A stretch of DNA of 64,000 nt, from positions 1,088,001-1,152,000 of the forward strand of contig OY969474.1 of assembly GCA_963700145.1 (NCBI GenBank), read 5' to 3'. A program made the position numbers and the translations under genes. This stretch comes from an uncultured Acidobacteriota bacterium. Lineage in GTDB: Bacteria > Acidobacteriota > Thermoanaerobaculia > Multivoradales > UBA5704. This document shows, one piece after another, positions 19,384-31,382 of the stretch. Positions within the stretch are counted from its first letter, which is position 1. Every line of letters starts with the position of its first letter. The notes under the pieces are model-generated. The model worked only from the letters and a program-made list of their open reading frames with translations, was not told where the DNA came from and searched no databases.

Positions 19384-20502
19384 TCAAGCGAGCGCTTGCA
19401 GGAGGTCTGCCACCAGGTCGTCGGGGTGCTCGAGGCCGATCGAGGCGCGGAGGAGGTTCTCGGGCGTCGGGCTCCCCGGCCCCTCGCTGGAGGCGCGGTG
19501 CTCGATCAGGCTCTCGGTGCCGCCCAAGCTGGTGGCGTTGACGAAGAGCCGCAGGCGCGAGGCGACCTCGATCGTCCGCTCGCGGCCGCCGCGCACTTGC
19601 AGCGAGAGCATGCCGCCGAAGGCGCGCATCTGGCGGCGGGCGATCTCGTGGCCGGGGTGGGACGGGAGGCCGGGGTAGTGCACGGTCTCGATCTGCGGGT
19701 GCCCGGCGAGCGCCTGCGCCACCGCCAGGGCATTGGCCGAATGCCGCTCTATGCGGCAGGCGAGCGAGCGCAGGCCGCGCAGCACGAGCCAGGAGTTGAA
19801 GGGCGAGGCTACGCCGCCGGTGATGTGCCGCAGGTGGGCGGCGCGCTCGACGAGGTCGTCCGCCGCGGCGAAGACCAGCGCCCCCGCCTGCACGTCGCCG
19901 TGGCCGCCGAGGTACTTGGTGGCGGAGTGGAGGACGGCGGCGGCGCCGAGCGCCAGCGGCCGCTGCAGGGCCGGGGTGGCGAAGGTGCCGTCGACCAGCA
20001 GGCGGGCGCCGGCGCCGCGCGCCAGCTCAGCCACCGCCGCCAGGTCGACGACCTGCATCAGCGGGTTCGAGGGGCTCTCGGTCCAGAGGAGGCCGGTCTC
20101 GGGGCGGAGGGCGGCGCGCAGGGCGTCGAGGTCGCGGAAGTCGGCGAAGCTCGCCGTCATCCCCCAGCGCGGCAGGAGCTCCCGCGCCAGCTTGCGGAAG
20201 CCGTAGTAGAGGTCTTCCTGGAAGAGGACGTGAGTACCGGGCGGCAGGGATTGGAGGTAGGCGGTGCCGGCCGCCATCCCGGAAGCGAAGACGAGCGCCG
20301 CCGCGCCCCCTTCGACCGCGGTCAGCGCCTCCTCGAGCCGCACCTGGGTGGGGTTGCCCTCGCGGATGTACATCCAGCCGTGCGGCCGCTCGCCGGCCGG
20401 GCCGTGCTCGTAGGTGGTGGAGAGATGGATGGGGGGCGCCACCGACCCCGTGGCGGGGTCGCGCTCCCCTCCGGCGTGGACGGCAAGGGTCTCGAATTTC
20501 AC
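19384..20502 (-). CDS. Cystathionine gamma-synthase/lyase family PLP enzyme
   Basis: FASGMAA, ESPSNP, HSATKYLGGHGD and SLGGTESL motifs. Confidence 0.92.
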   Translation of the reverse strand: MKFETLAVHAGGERDPATGSVAPPIHLSTTYEHGPAGERPHGWMYIREGNPTQVRLEEALTAVEGGAAALVFASGMAAGTAYLQSLPPGTHVLFQEDLYYGFRKLARELLPRWGMTASFADFRDLDALRAALRPETGLLWTESPSNPLMQVVDLAAVAELARGAGARLLVDGTFATPALQRPLALGAAAVLHSATKYLGGHGDVQAGALVFAAADDLVERAAHLRHITGGVASPFNSWLVLRGLRSLACRIERHSANALAVAQALAGHPQIETVHYPGLPSHPGHEIARRQMRAFGGMLSLQVRGGRERTIEVASRLRLFVNATSLGGTESLIEHRASSEGPGSPTPENLLRASIGLEHPDDLVADLLQALA

Positions 20503-20518
20503 GAACGGTTCATGAGAA

Positions 20519-20901
<383 letters not shown>

Positions 20902-20921
20902 ACCGCTATTGTAACGGTTCC

Positions 20922-22061
20922 ATGCCGATCCATGTTCCCGGGCGTCTGGCGCGGCGCGGGCCGGCCGTCCTCGCAGTCGGGTTGCCGTTGCTGGTCTACC
21001 TCGCCATCTGCGCCACTGGCTTCGACGGCGGGCACTACCTGCGGGGCGACTGCCCGTACTACTTCCTGACCGCCGGCTCGCTCTGGCTGGACGGCGACCT
21101 CGACCTCGGCAACCAGCTCCCCGGCGGGCTGGCCGAGCACCAGACGCAGGTCGCGCTCGACCGCTTCGGCCGCCTCGTCCCCAAGCACCCGCTCGTCCTG
21201 CCGCTCCTCGCGCTGCCGCTCGTCGCGGCGCTCGGGGCGCCCGGGGCGCTGGTCTTCAACCTGCTCCAGCTCGCGGCGCTGCTGGCCGTGCTCTTCGGGC
21301 TGGCCCGGTGCGTCGCGCCTCCCTGGGCGGCTGCCGTCGCAGTCGCGCTCACCGGGATCGCCACCTTCCTGCCGCAGTACGCCTGGAACTTCTCGCCCGA
21401 CGTGCTCTCGACCCTGCTCTTCGCCGGCGGGCTCCTCACACTGCCCGCCGACCGCCGGGCGGCGCCGCTGCGCCACCTCGCGGCCGGGCTCCTCCTCGGG
21501 CTGGCGGTGGTGGCGAAGCTGCCTTACCTCGTGGCGCTCCCCGCCGTCCTGCCGCTCGCCGGGGCGCCGCTCCGCCGCGCGCTGCCGCCGCTCGCCGCCG
21601 GGCTTGCCGTGCCGATCGCGCTGGCAGCCCTCCTGAACCTCCACCTCTTCGGCTCGCCGCTCACCACCGCCTACGACCGGATCGCCCGTCTCGACCGCGG
21701 CGAGGTGGTGGTCTACAGCCAGCGCGAGGACTTCGACCTGCCGCTCGCCGAGGGCCTGCGCGGCCAGCTCTTCGACCGCCGCCACGGCCTCCTCTTCACC
21801 ACGCCGGTGACGCTGGTGGCGCTCGCCGGCCTCCCCCTCCTCGCCCGCCGGCGGCCGCGGCTGGCGCTCGCCGTCGGCTGGACCGCCGCCGCTCTCCTCC
21901 TCTTCTTCTCCCGCTACGAGCTCTGGTACACCTCGGCCTACGGCAACCGCTTCCTGCTGCCGGTGGTGGCCATGGCGGCGCTGCCGCTGGCGGCGCTCTG
22001 CGAGTGGGCGGCGGCCCTGCTGCAGAGGCCGCGGGAAACTCCCGGCACGCCCCCGCCGTAA
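20922..22061 (+). CDS. Multi-pass membrane GT-C-like glycosyltransferase
   Basis: N-terminal GD..YY loop, many TM helices, YGNRFLLP near the C-terminus. Confidence 0.65.
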   Translation: MPIHVPGRLARRGPAVLAVGLPLLVYLAICATGFDGGHYLRGDCPYYFLTAGSLWLDGDLDLGNQLPGGLAEHQTQVALDRFGRLVPKHPLVLPLLALPLVAALGAPGALVFNLLQLAALLAVLFGLARCVAPPWAAAVAVALTGIATFLPQYAWNFSPDVLSTLLFAGGLLTLPADRRAAPLRHLAAGLLLGLAVVAKLPYLVALPAVLPLAGAPLRRALPPLAAGLAVPIALAALLNLHLFGSPLTTAYDRIARLDRGEVVVYSQREDFDLPLAEGLRGQLFDRRHGLLFTTPVTLVALAGLPLLARRRPRLALAVGWTAAALLLFFSRYELWYTSAYGNRFLLPVVAMAALPLAALCEWAAALLQRPRETPGTPPP

Positions 22062-22103
22062 TACGGCCTGGCGCTCCAGGACCGGAAGCCAGCGGAGGCG
22101 GCG

Positions 22104-23000
<897 letters not shown>

Positions 23001-23017
23001 AGCGCGCCGGGGACACC

Positions 23018-26000
23018 ATGCTCGGCGCCATCGCTCGCTTCGAGGTCCGCTACCAGCTCCGGCAGCCGCTCTTCTGGTCCACCACCGCCGTCCTCGCGCT
23101 CCTCACCTTCGGGGCGGTGACCTCCGACACGGTGAGCATCGGCGGCGCGATCGGCAACGTCCACCGCAACTCGCCGTTCGTGATCATGCAGTTCATGACC
23201 GTGCTGTCGGTCGTCGGTATGTTCGTCATCACCGCCTTCGTCGCCAGCTCGGTGCAGCGCGACTTCGAGCACGGCACGGCGCCGCTCTTCTTCTCGCGGC
23301 CGATCAAGAAGCGCGACTACCTCTTGGGCCGCTTCGCCGGGTCGTTCGCGGTCTCGGCGCTGGTCTTCCTCGGCCCGCTGCTGGCGATCGTCCTCGGCAG
23401 CTTCATGCCCTGGCTCGAGCCCGAGCGGCTGGGCCCGTTCCGCCTGGCGCCGTACGCCTTCACCTTCTTCGTCCTCGTGCTGCCGAACCTGATCTTCGTC
23501 GCCGCCGTCTTCTTCGCCCTGGCGGCGGTGACGCGGAGCCTGCTCGCGACCTACCTCGGGGTCGTCGTCTTCATGGTCGTCTACCTGGTCTCGGCCGTCC
23601 TGCTCGAGGACATCGAGAACCACTTCGCGGCGAGCCTTCTCGATCCCTTCGGCGGCGCTGCCATCGATCTCGCGACCCGCTACTGGACGGTGGTCGAGAA
23701 GAACACCGCCCTCCCCGACCTCGCCGAGGGCCTGCTCTGGAACCGCGTCGTCTGGATCGGCGTCGGCCTGCTGGCGCTGGCCGCCGGCTACGTTGCCTTC
23801 GACCCGGCGCGCGACGGCGGCCGGCTCCGCCGCCGGCGCCGGGCGCTGCCCGAAGACGACGCGCCTCTCGCCGCCGCATCGCTCGCCGCCGCCTTCCCCA
23901 CCGCGGCGCAGGACTTCTCCGCCCGCACCGCCTGGCGGCAGTTCTTCCACCAGGCGCGGCTGGAGGTCGTCGGCGTGCTGCGCAGCATCCCCTTCCTGGT
24001 GATGGTCGCCTTCGGCTGCGTCAACGTGCTCGCCAGCGTCTCTTTCGGCGAGCGCCTGTTCGGCACCTCGACCTATCCGGTGACGCACCTCATGCTCCAG
24101 CACCTCGAGGGGTCGTACGTGTTCCTGCTGGTCATCATCGTCATCTTCTTCGCCGGCGAGCTGATCTGGAAGGAGCGCGGGCTCGGGATGCACGAGGTCT
24201 ACGACGCCCTGCCGACCCCGACCTGGACGACGCTGGCCGCCAAGCTCGCGGGGCTCGCCACGGTCGTCCTCGTCTTCCTGGGCGTCGGCGCGCTGGCGAT
24301 GATCGGCTTCCAGGCCTGGCAGGGCCACTTCCGCTTCGAGCCCGGGCTTTACGCCAAGGGCCTCTTGATCTCCGGCGTCTACTTCCTGCTGGCGGCGGTG
24401 CTCGCCGTCTTCCTGCAGGTCGCCGCCAACAGCAAGTTCCTGGGCTACCTGCTGATGATCCTGTACCTGGTGAGCGCGATCGTCCTCGACAGCCTCGACT
24501 TCGACCACTACCTCTACCGCTACGGCGGCACGCCCGACATGCCGTACTCCGACATGAACGGCTACGGCCACTTCGTCGTGCCGTTCCTCTGGTTCGCGCT
24601 CTACTGGAGCTGCGTCGCGCTCGTCCTCTACGGCCTGGCGATCCTGCTGCGGGTGCGCGGCACCGAGCCCTCCTGGCGCCACCGGCTGCGGCAGGCGGCG
24701 GCGCGCTTTCGCGGGCCGGTGCGCTGGGCGGTCGCCGCCGGCCTGGCCGGAGCCGTCGCCACCGGCGCCTTCATCTTCTGGAACACCAACGTGCGCAACG
24801 CGTACGTCCCCGGCGACGAGCAGGAGCGGCGGCAGGCCGAGTACGAGAAGCGCTACCGGCAGTACATGGACATGCCGATGCCGCGCATCGTCGCCGTGCG
24901 CACCGAGGTGGACATCTTCCCGGAGACCCGGCGGATGGAGGCGCGCGGCCACTACCGGCTGCAAAACCGGACGGCGCGGCCGATCGGTGTCTTGCACCTC
25001 AACCTCGACCCGCGCGTCGAGGTCAAGGCGCTCCGCTTCCGTCCCCACCGGCTCGTCCGCCGCGACGCCGAGCTCGGCTACTCGATCTACCGCCTCGATC
25101 GGCCGCTCCAGCCCGGCGAGGAGATGGCGCTCGACTTCGAGGTCGCCGTCCAGGAGCGCGGCTTCGTCAACGGCGGCTCCGACACCTCGCTCGTCGCCAA
25201 CGGCACCTTCTTCAACAACCGCCAGTACTTCCCGCTGCTCGGCTACGACGAGGACCGGCAGCTCGTCGATCGCAACCTGCGGCGCGAGCACGGGCTGCCG
25301 CCGGTGCGCCGCATGCCGCGCCTCGACGACCGCTTCGCGCGCCGCAACACCTACCTCGGGCGCGACGCCGACTGGATCGACTTCGAGACCGTGGTGAGCA
25401 CCAGCCCCGGCCAGATCGCGCTGGCGCCCGGCTACCTGCAGCGCGAGTGGAAGGCCGGCGGGCGGCGCTACTTCCACTACGCGATGGACGCGCCGATCCT
25501 CCACTTCTACTCCTACCTCTCGGCCGACTGGGCGGTGCGCCGCGACCGCTGGCGCGACGTGGCGATCGAGGTCTACTACCACCCGCCGCACGGCTACAAC
25601 GTCGAGCGGATGGTCGACGGCGTCAAGCGCTCCTTGGACTACTTCACCGCCGAGTTCGGCCCCTACCAGCACCGCCAGGTGCGCATCCTGGAGTTCCCGC
25701 GCTACGCGCGCTTCGCGCAGTCGTTCCCTAACACCATCCCCTACTCCGAGGACATCGGCTTCATCGCCCGCGTGCGCGACGCCGAGGAGGACATCGACTA
25801 CCCGTTCTACGTCACCGCCCACGAGGTGGCCCACCAGTGGTGGGCGCATCAGGTGATCGGCGGCAACGTCCAGGGAGCGACGATGCTCTCCGAGACGCTG
25901 TCGCAGTACTCGGCGCTGATGGTCATGGAGAAGGAGTACGGGGCGCGGCAGATGCGGCGGTTCCTCAAGTACGAGCTCGACCGCTATCTCAGCGACCGCG

Positions 26001-26629
26001 GCGGCGAGCTGGTCGAGGAGCTGCCGCTGATGCGGGTCGAGGGGCAGCCCTACATCCACTACCGCAAGGGGAGCGTCGCGATGTACGCGCTCAAGGACGC
26101 CATCGGCGAGGCGGCGCTCAACGCCGCCCTGCGGCGCTTCGTGACGGCGAAGAAGTTCCAGCGCGCGCCCTTCACCTACACCCGCGAGCTGATGGCCGAG
26201 CTCGAGCGGGCGACGCCGCCGGACCGGCGGGCGCTGCTCGCCGACCTCTTCGAGACCATCACCCTGTTCGAGAACCGCGTCACCACCGCCCTCGCCACGC
26301 GCCGCGCGGACGGCAAGTTCGCGGTGGACCTGACGGTCGAGGCCAAGAAGCTGCGCGCCGACGGCCAGGGCGTCGAGACACAGGTCGCCCTCGACGACTG
26401 GATCGACGTCGGCGTCTTCGCCGGCGAGGAGAAGGGCGGCGCCCCCGGCGAGCGCGTCCTCTACCTCGCGAAGCACCACGTCACCGCCCCGACGACGAAG
26501 CTGCGCCTGACCGTCGCCGAGGCCCCAACGCGGGCCGGCATCGACCCCTACAACAAGCTGGTGGACCGCAACTCGGAGGACAACCTCAAGAGAGTCGAAG
26601 GCGCGACCGGCCGAGCGGCCGGGCGCTAG
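23018..26629 (+). CDS. ABC-2 permease fused to an M1-family aminopeptidase domain
   Basis: Two permease-like TM blocks, then HEVAHQWW...LSETLSQY...YRKG gluzincin motifs. Confidence 0.9.
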   Translation: MLGAIARFEVRYQLRQPLFWSTTAVLALLTFGAVTSDTVSIGGAIGNVHRNSPFVIMQFMTVLSVVGMFVITAFVASSVQRDFEHGTAPLFFSRPIKKRDYLLGRFAGSFAVSALVFLGPLLAIVLGSFMPWLEPERLGPFRLAPYAFTFFVLVLPNLIFVAAVFFALAAVTRSLLATYLGVVVFMVVYLVSAVLLEDIENHFAASLLDPFGGAAIDLATRYWTVVEKNTALPDLAEGLLWNRVVWIGVGLLALAAGYVAFDPARDGGRLRRRRRALPEDDAPLAAASLAAAFPTAAQDFSARTAWRQFFHQARLEVVGVLRSIPFLVMVAFGCVNVLASVSFGERLFGTSTYPVTHLMLQHLEGSYVFLLVIIVIFFAGELIWKERGLGMHEVYDALPTPTWTTLAAKLAGLATVVLVFLGVGALAMIGFQAWQGHFRFEPGLYAKGLLISGVYFLLAAVLAVFLQVAANSKFLGYLLMILYLVSAIVLDSLDFDHYLYRYGGTPDMPYSDMNGYGHFVVPFLWFALYWSCVALVLYGLAILLRVRGTEPSWRHRLRQAAARFRGPVRWAVAAGLAGAVATGAFIFWNTNVRNAYVPGDEQERRQAEYEKRYRQYMDMPMPRIVAVRTEVDIFPETRRMEARGHYRLQNRTARPIGVLHLNLDPRVEVKALRFRPHRLVRRDAELGYSIYRLDRPLQPGEEMALDFEVAVQERGFVNGGSDTSLVANGTFFNNRQYFPLLGYDEDRQLVDRNLRREHGLPPVRRMPRLDDRFARRNTYLGRDADWIDFETVVSTSPGQIALAPGYLQREWKAGGRRYFHYAMDAPILHFYSYLSADWAVRRDRWRDVAIEVYYHPPHGYNVERMVDGVKRSLDYFTAEFGPYQHRQVRILEFPRYARFAQSFPNTIPYSEDIGFIARVRDAEEDIDYPFYVTAHEVAHQWWAHQVIGGNVQGATMLSETLSQYSALMVMEKEYGARQMRRFLKYELDRYLSDRGGELVEELPLMRVEGQPYIHYRKGSVAMYALKDAIGEAALNAALRRFVTAKKFQRAPFTYTRELMAELERATPPDRRALLADLFETITLFENRVTTALATRRADGKFAVDLTVEAKKLRADGQGVETQVALDDWIDVGVFAGEEKGGAPGERVLYLAKHHVTAPTTKLRLTVAEAPTRAGIDPYNKLVDRNSEDNLKRVEGATGRAAGR

Positions 26630-27966
26630 CCCATCACGAGCCGCAGCAAGCCGAGGGCGGCGCCGGCGGCGATGACCCACAGGACGTCGACGCGCCAGCG
26701 GACGAGGACCAGAAGCGCCAGCACCGCGACGGTGAGGGCGAAGGGGTCGAGCCCGCCGGCCGGGAAGAAGACGGCCGTCCCGAAGACGACGGCGAGGTTG
26801 AGGATCACGCCGACGACCGCCGCGGTGATGCCGCCGAGGGCCGCGGCCCAGCGGCGGCTGTGGCGGAGGCGCTCGACGTGGGGGGCGCCGAGGAAGATGA
26901 AGACGAAGCAGGGCAGGAAGGTGGCCCAGGTGGCGAGGAGGGCGGCGGCGACCGCGCTCGCCGCCGGCGGCAGGCCCGCCGCGTGGTTCCAGCCGGCCAT
27001 GAAGCCGACGAACTGCAGCACCATGATGAGCGGGCCGGGGGTGGTCTCGGCGAGGGCGAGGCCGTCGACCGCCTGGGCGGCGGTGAGCCAGCCGAAGGCC
27101 TCGACCGCCTGCTGGGCGACGTAGGCGAGGACGGCGTAGGCACCGCCGAAGGTGATGAACGCGGCCCAGGTGAAGAAGAGGTAGACGTCGGCGTGGACGC
27201 CGCCGAGACCGAGGGTCGCCGCGAGGAGGACGAGCGGCAGGACCCAGAGGGCGAGGCCCCAGGCGAGGACGCGCGACGCCCGCGGCGCCGGCTGGCCAGC
27301 GAGGGCGGCGCCGCGCTCCCCCACCGGCTCGTTGCCCTCGGCGGCAGCGGCGGCCGCGCGCCGGTCGCCGGTGAGTAGACCGGCCGACGCGGCGGCGAAG
27401 ACGATCAGCGGAAAGGGGACATCCAGCAGGCGGATCGCCACGAACGCCGCGGCGGCGATCACCAGGTGCACCGGCCCGCGCAGGGCGCGGCGCCCGATGC
27501 GCAGCATCGCCGCCAGCACGATCGCCACGACGACCGGCTTGAGCCCCGCGAGCGCCGCCGCGACCGCCGGGAGCGTGCCGTGGGCGGCGTAGACCCACGA
27601 CAGCCCGAGCAGCACGAAGATCGAGGGCAGGACGAAGAGGACACCCGCCGCGAGGCCGCCGGCGACGCCGTGGAGCAGCCAGCCGATGTAGATCGCGAGC
27701 TGCTGCGCCTCGGGCCCCGGCAGCAGCATGCAGAAGTTGAGGGCGTGGAGGAAGCGGTCCTCGGCGATCCAGCGGCGGCGCTCGACCAGGTCGCGGTGCA
27801 TGAGGGCGATCTGGCCAGCCGGGCCGCCGAAGTTGACGCAGCCGAGGCGCGCCCAGTAGCGCAGGGCGACGCGGAAGGGGACAGTGGGCGCGGAAGCCGA
27901 GCTTCCCCCGCCCAGATCCTTCGCTTCGCTCAGGATGACAGGGCTGAGGGTTGGCTTCTGGTCCAT
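26626..27966 (-). CDS. chrA: Chromate efflux transporter (long-chain CHR)
   Basis: [30 protein letters not shown] and ETTPGP motifs. Confidence 0.93.
   Translation of the reverse strand: MDQKPTLSPVILSEAKDLGGGSSASAPTVPFRVALRYWARLGCVNFGGPAGQIALMHRDLVERRRWIAEDRFLHALNFCMLLPGPEAQQLAIYIGWLLHGVAGGLAAGVLFVLPSIFVLLGLSWVYAAHGTLPAVAAALAGLKPVVVAIVLAAMLRIGRRALRGPVHLVIAAAAFVAIRLLDVPFPLIVFAAASAGLLTGDRRAAAAAAEGNEPVGERGAALAGQPAPRASRVLAWGLALWVLPLVLLAATLGLGGVHADVYLFFTWAAFITFGGAYAVLAYVAQQAVEAFGWLTAAQAVDGLALAETTPGPLIMVLQFVGFMAGWNHAAGLPPAASAVAAALLATWATFLPCFVFIFLGAPHVERLRHSRRWAAALGGITAAVVGVILNLAVVFGTAVFFPAGGLDPFALTVAVLALLVLVRWRVDVLWVIAAGAALGLLRLVMG
27905..27940. repeat. Half REP element inside the chrA 5' coding region
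   Basis: CCCCCGCCCAGATCCTTCGCTTCGCTCAGGATGACA matches the arms of the 13668-13783 element. Confidence 0.8.
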
Positions 27967-28967
27967 CAGGCACCGAGGTCGATCGTCCGCCCGCCGCCGG
28001 CGGCGCGCGCCCGCTCCTCCACCGCCATCGCCGCCGCGAGGTCCTGGAGCGCCGTCCCCGTCGAGTCGAAGATCGTGATCTCCTCGGCCGAGGTGCGGCC
28101 CGGCCGCGTGCCGGCGACCACCTGGGCCAGCTCGGCGTGGACCTGGTCGGCGGCGACGAGGCCCGCCGCGACCGCGTGCTGCAGCTCGCCCAGCTCGGCG
28201 CACTGCGGCAGGGCGTCAACGACCAGGGTGCTCGCGGCGACGAGGCGCGGGTCCAGCTCCTGCTTCCCGCGGTCGTCCGCGCCGACGGCGGCGATGAAGG
28301 TGCCCGGCCGCACGTCTTCCCGGCGGACGAAGAAGGCGCGCGCGGGGGTGCAGGTGGCGCAGGCATCGCAGGCGGCGAGCGCCGCCGCGAGGTCCGCCGC
28401 CGGCTCGACCGCGACGCCGGCGAGCGCCGGCGCCAGCTCCGCCGCCAGGCGCTCGGCCCGCCGGCCGTCGAGGTCCCAGAGCAGGACGCGCGCGATGGGT
28501 AGCACGCCGCACAGGGCGCGCGCGTGCATCGCCCCCTGCCGCCCGCAGCCGCAGACGAGGAGGGTGCGCGCGTCGGGCCGCGCCAGGTGACGCGCGGCCA
28601 GGGCGCTCGTCGCGGCGGTGCGCAAGGCCGTGAGCTCCATCGAGTCGAGGAGCGCGAGCGGGCGGCCGTCGGCGCCGTCGAAGAGGACCATGACGCCCTG
28701 GATCGTGGGCAGGCCGCAGCGCTCGGGGTTGCCGGGGAAGTTGGCGTTCATCTTGACCGCGAGACGCGGCGCCGGGGCGCGGACGCCGGCCGCCTTGACG
28801 TGGACGCCGCCGCCGTCGGCGTGCAGGCCGAGGACGCGCGGCGGCAGGGTCTCGCCGGCGGCGTGACGGCGGAGGACCTCCGCGATCGCCGCCATGCACG
28901 ACGGCAGGTCGAGGAGCGCGGCGACCTCGCTCGCCGTCAGCAGCAGCGTGCCGCCTACCGCGCTCAC
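27966..28967 (-). CDS. Ornithine cyclodeaminase/mu-crystallin family protein
   Basis: [19 protein letters not shown] and [11 protein letters not shown] motifs. Confidence 0.9.
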   Translation of the reverse strand: MSAVGGTLLLTASEVAALLDLPSCMAAIAEVLRRHAAGETLPPRVLGLHADGGGVHVKAAGVRAPAPRLAVKMNANFPGNPERCGLPTIQGVMVLFDGADGRPLALLDSMELTALRTAATSALAARHLARPDARTLLVCGCGRQGAMHARALCGVLPIARVLLWDLDGRRAERLAAELAPALAGVAVEPAADLAAALAACDACATCTPARAFFVRREDVRPGTFIAAVGADDRGKQELDPRLVAASTLVVDALPQCAELGELQHAVAAGLVAADQVHAELAQVVAGTRPGRTSAEEITIFDSTGTALQDLAAAMAVEERARAAGGGRTIDLGA

Positions 28968-30343
28968 TCCATCTCGGCGGCGGCCCAGGCGGCGACGGCG
29001 TAGGCCGCCACCACCTGCCGCAGGCTGTGCGGATCGAGCTTGTCGACGGTGTCATCGGCGGTGTGGTGGACGTCGAAGTAGCGCGTGCTGTCCTGGTCGA
29101 GCGCCAGGATCGGCACGCCGGCCTCCCGGAGGGGCCCGAGGTCGGAGCCCCCTTCCACTTCTCCCTCACCGCGCCCGACGCCGAGCGGGGCGAGGAGCCG
29201 CGCGATCGCCTCGACGACCGGCAGGCGTGCGGCGGGGACCGCAGCCGAGACCTGGTAGACGGCGGCGCAGCCGTGGTCCGCCTCGACGGCCAGGACGTGG
29301 CGCGGCAGCTCGGCGCGGTGCCGCTCGGCGTACGCGTGCGCCCCCGAGAGCCCGAACTCCTCGTTGGCATAGAGCACCACGCGCACCGTGCGGCGCGGCG
29401 GCCGCGGCAGCTCGGCGAGGAGGCGGGCGGCCGCGACGACGATGCCGACCCCCGCCGCGTCGTCGAGGGCGCCGGGTCCGAGATCCCAGGAATCGAGGTG
29501 CGCGCCCAGCAGCACGATCTCCTCCGGCCGCTCGCGGCCGCGCACTTCCGCCAGCAGGTTCGCCGACTCGGCGTCCGGGAGCAGGCGGCTGGTCAGGCGG
29601 AGCCAGACTCGCACCTCTCCCCCGCTCGCGGCGGCGGTTTCGAGGCGGGCCGCCAGGAGGTCGGCGTCGGCGAGCGCCAGCGCGGCGGCCGGGATCGGCG
29701 GCACGCCGGGCTCGTAGATGACACGCCCGGTGTGCGGCAACCGCGCGGTGGAGGTGCCGATCGAGCGGATGAGGAGGGCGAGCGCGCCCTGCCGGGCGGC
29801 GGCGGTCGCGCCGGCCCGGCGCACCGGCGCGGCCTCGCGGTAGCCGGTGAAGTCGCGGGTGCGGCGCATCGGCTGATCGAGGAAGACGATCCGGCCGGCA
29901 ACCGACTCCGGCGGCGCGGCGGCGAGCGCGGCGAGCGACGGGAAGCGGACGACCTCGGCCTCCAGGCCCGTCTCGGGCGTCCCGACACTGCCGCCGAGGG
30001 CGGCGACGACGAGCGGCTGCGCGGCCGGGCCGGCCAGACGGGCGGCCGCCTCGCCGCGCTCCCAGCGCGGGACGGTCACGGCCTCGCGGCGCACCGCCGC
30101 GAGCCCCGCCTGCGCCAGCGCGCCCTCCGCCCAAGCCACGGCGCGGCGGTCGCCGTCGGAGCCCGCTAGCCGCGGCCCGACCTCGAGCGCCAGGGCGCGG
30201 GCCAGCTCGTAGGCGTGGTCGGTCGCCAGCGCCCGCTCGCGCAGCCGGGCCGCCGTCGCCGCGATCTCGTCCGCCGGCGCGGCGGCCGCGACGGAGACGG
30301 AGACGAGCAGGGCGGCCAGCACCGCGCAGCGGATCGGGGCCAT
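28964..30343 (-). CDS. Secreted M28 peptidase (carboxypeptidase Q-like, PA domain)
   Basis: GAHLDSWD, GALDDAAG, NEEFGL and HHTADD motifs. Confidence 0.92.
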   Translation of the reverse strand: MAPIRCAVLAALLVSVSVAAAAPADEIAATAARLRERALATDHAYELARALALEVGPRLAGSDGDRRAVAWAEGALAQAGLAAVRREAVTVPRWERGEAAARLAGPAAQPLVVAALGGSVGTPETGLEAEVVRFPSLAALAAAPPESVAGRIVFLDQPMRRTRDFTGYREAAPVRRAGATAAARQGALALLIRSIGTSTARLPHTGRVIYEPGVPPIPAAALALADADLLAARLETAAASGGEVRVWLRLTSRLLPDAESANLLAEVRGRERPEEIVLLGAHLDSWDLGPGALDDAAGVGIVVAAARLLAELPRPPRRTVRVVLYANEEFGLSGAHAYAERHRAELPRHVLAVEADHGCAAVYQVSAAVPAARLPVVEAIARLLAPLGVGRGEGEVEGGSDLGPLREAGVPILALDQDSTRYFDVHHTADDTVDKLDPHSLRQVVAAYAVAAWAAAEME

Positions 30344-30398
30344 GCCGTCAACCTAGCAAGTGTCACTCGTGTATGTCAACTGTGATACCATCACGTCG

Positions 30399-31382
30399 AT
30401 GAAGGTCGGCTGGTACGTGCTCATCCACCATCTGCCGCCCGACCCTCCCTATCTGCGCGCCAAGATCGCCAACCGCCTGGCGCGCATCGGCGCGCTGCCG
30501 CTCAAGAACGCCGTCTACGTGCTGCCGCGCCGGGCTTCCTGCCTGGAGGACTTCCAGTGGGTCGCCGAGGAGGCGAAGGGGAGCGGCGGCACGGCCTACG
30601 TCGCCGCCGCGGAGTGGGTCGCGGGGGTGAGCGACGAGGAGCTGCGCCGGCGTTTCGCCGAGGCGCGCGCCGCCGACTACCGCGCCCTGGCCGGCGAGGT
30701 ACGCGCGGAGCTCGAGACGCGCGGCGGCGGCCGCGGCGGCGCTCGACTGGCGGCACTGCGGCAGCGGCTGGCGGAGATCGCGGCGGTGGACTGGTTCGCC
30801 GCGCCGGGGAGGGATGAAGTGGAAGAGCTTCTGGCGCGCCTCGAGAGCGAGGCACAGCAGGCCGCCGAGCCTGCCGAGTCGCCGCGCCGGACCGCGCTCG
30901 CCGAGCTGCGCGGCCTGACCTGGGTGACGCGCCCGGACGTCCACGTCGACCGCATCGCCACCGCCTGGCTGGTGCGCCGCTTCGTCGATCCCAAGGCGCG
31001 CTTCCGCTTCACGGCCCCGCCGGTGCGCCGCCGCGCCGGCGAGATCACCTTCGACCTGCCGGACGGGGACGTGACGCACGAGGGCGACCTCTGCACGTTC
31101 CAGGTGCTACTCGGCCGGCTGGGATCGGAGGACGCGGCGCTGCGGCGGATCGGCGAGATCGTCGCCGACATCGACCTCAAGGAGACGCGGCACGGCCATC
31201 CGGAGACACCGGGGATCGAGCGGCTGGTGAGCGGCATCGCCGCCCGCCACGCCCGCGACGCCGAGCGGCTGGAGCGCGGCGGCGCGATCTTCGATGCGCT
31301 CTACGCGGCGCTACGCGGCGCCGAGGGAACCCCGGCGGCCGCGCGTACACGGCGTCCCACGCGCAAGAGACGCTCCGGCTAG
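30399..31382 (+). CDS. chrB: Chromate resistance regulator ChrB family
   Basis: N-terminal YLRAKI...LKNAVY...EDFQW; C-terminal WVTR..VHVDRIATAWLVRRFVD...THEGDLCTF; chrA nearby. Confidence 0.88.
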   Translation: MKVGWYVLIHHLPPDPPYLRAKIANRLARIGALPLKNAVYVLPRRASCLEDFQWVAEEAKGSGGTAYVAAAEWVAGVSDEELRRRFAEARAADYRALAGEVRAELETRGGGRGGARLAALRQRLAEIAAVDWFAAPGRDEVEELLARLESEAQQAAEPAESPRRTALAELRGLTWVTRPDVHVDRIATAWLVRRFVDPKARFRFTAPPVRRRAGEITFDLPDGDVTHEGDLCTFQVLLGRLGSEDAALRRIGEIVADIDLKETRHGHPETPGIERLVSGIAARHARDAERLERGGAIFDALYAALRGAEGTPAAARTRRPTRKRRSG

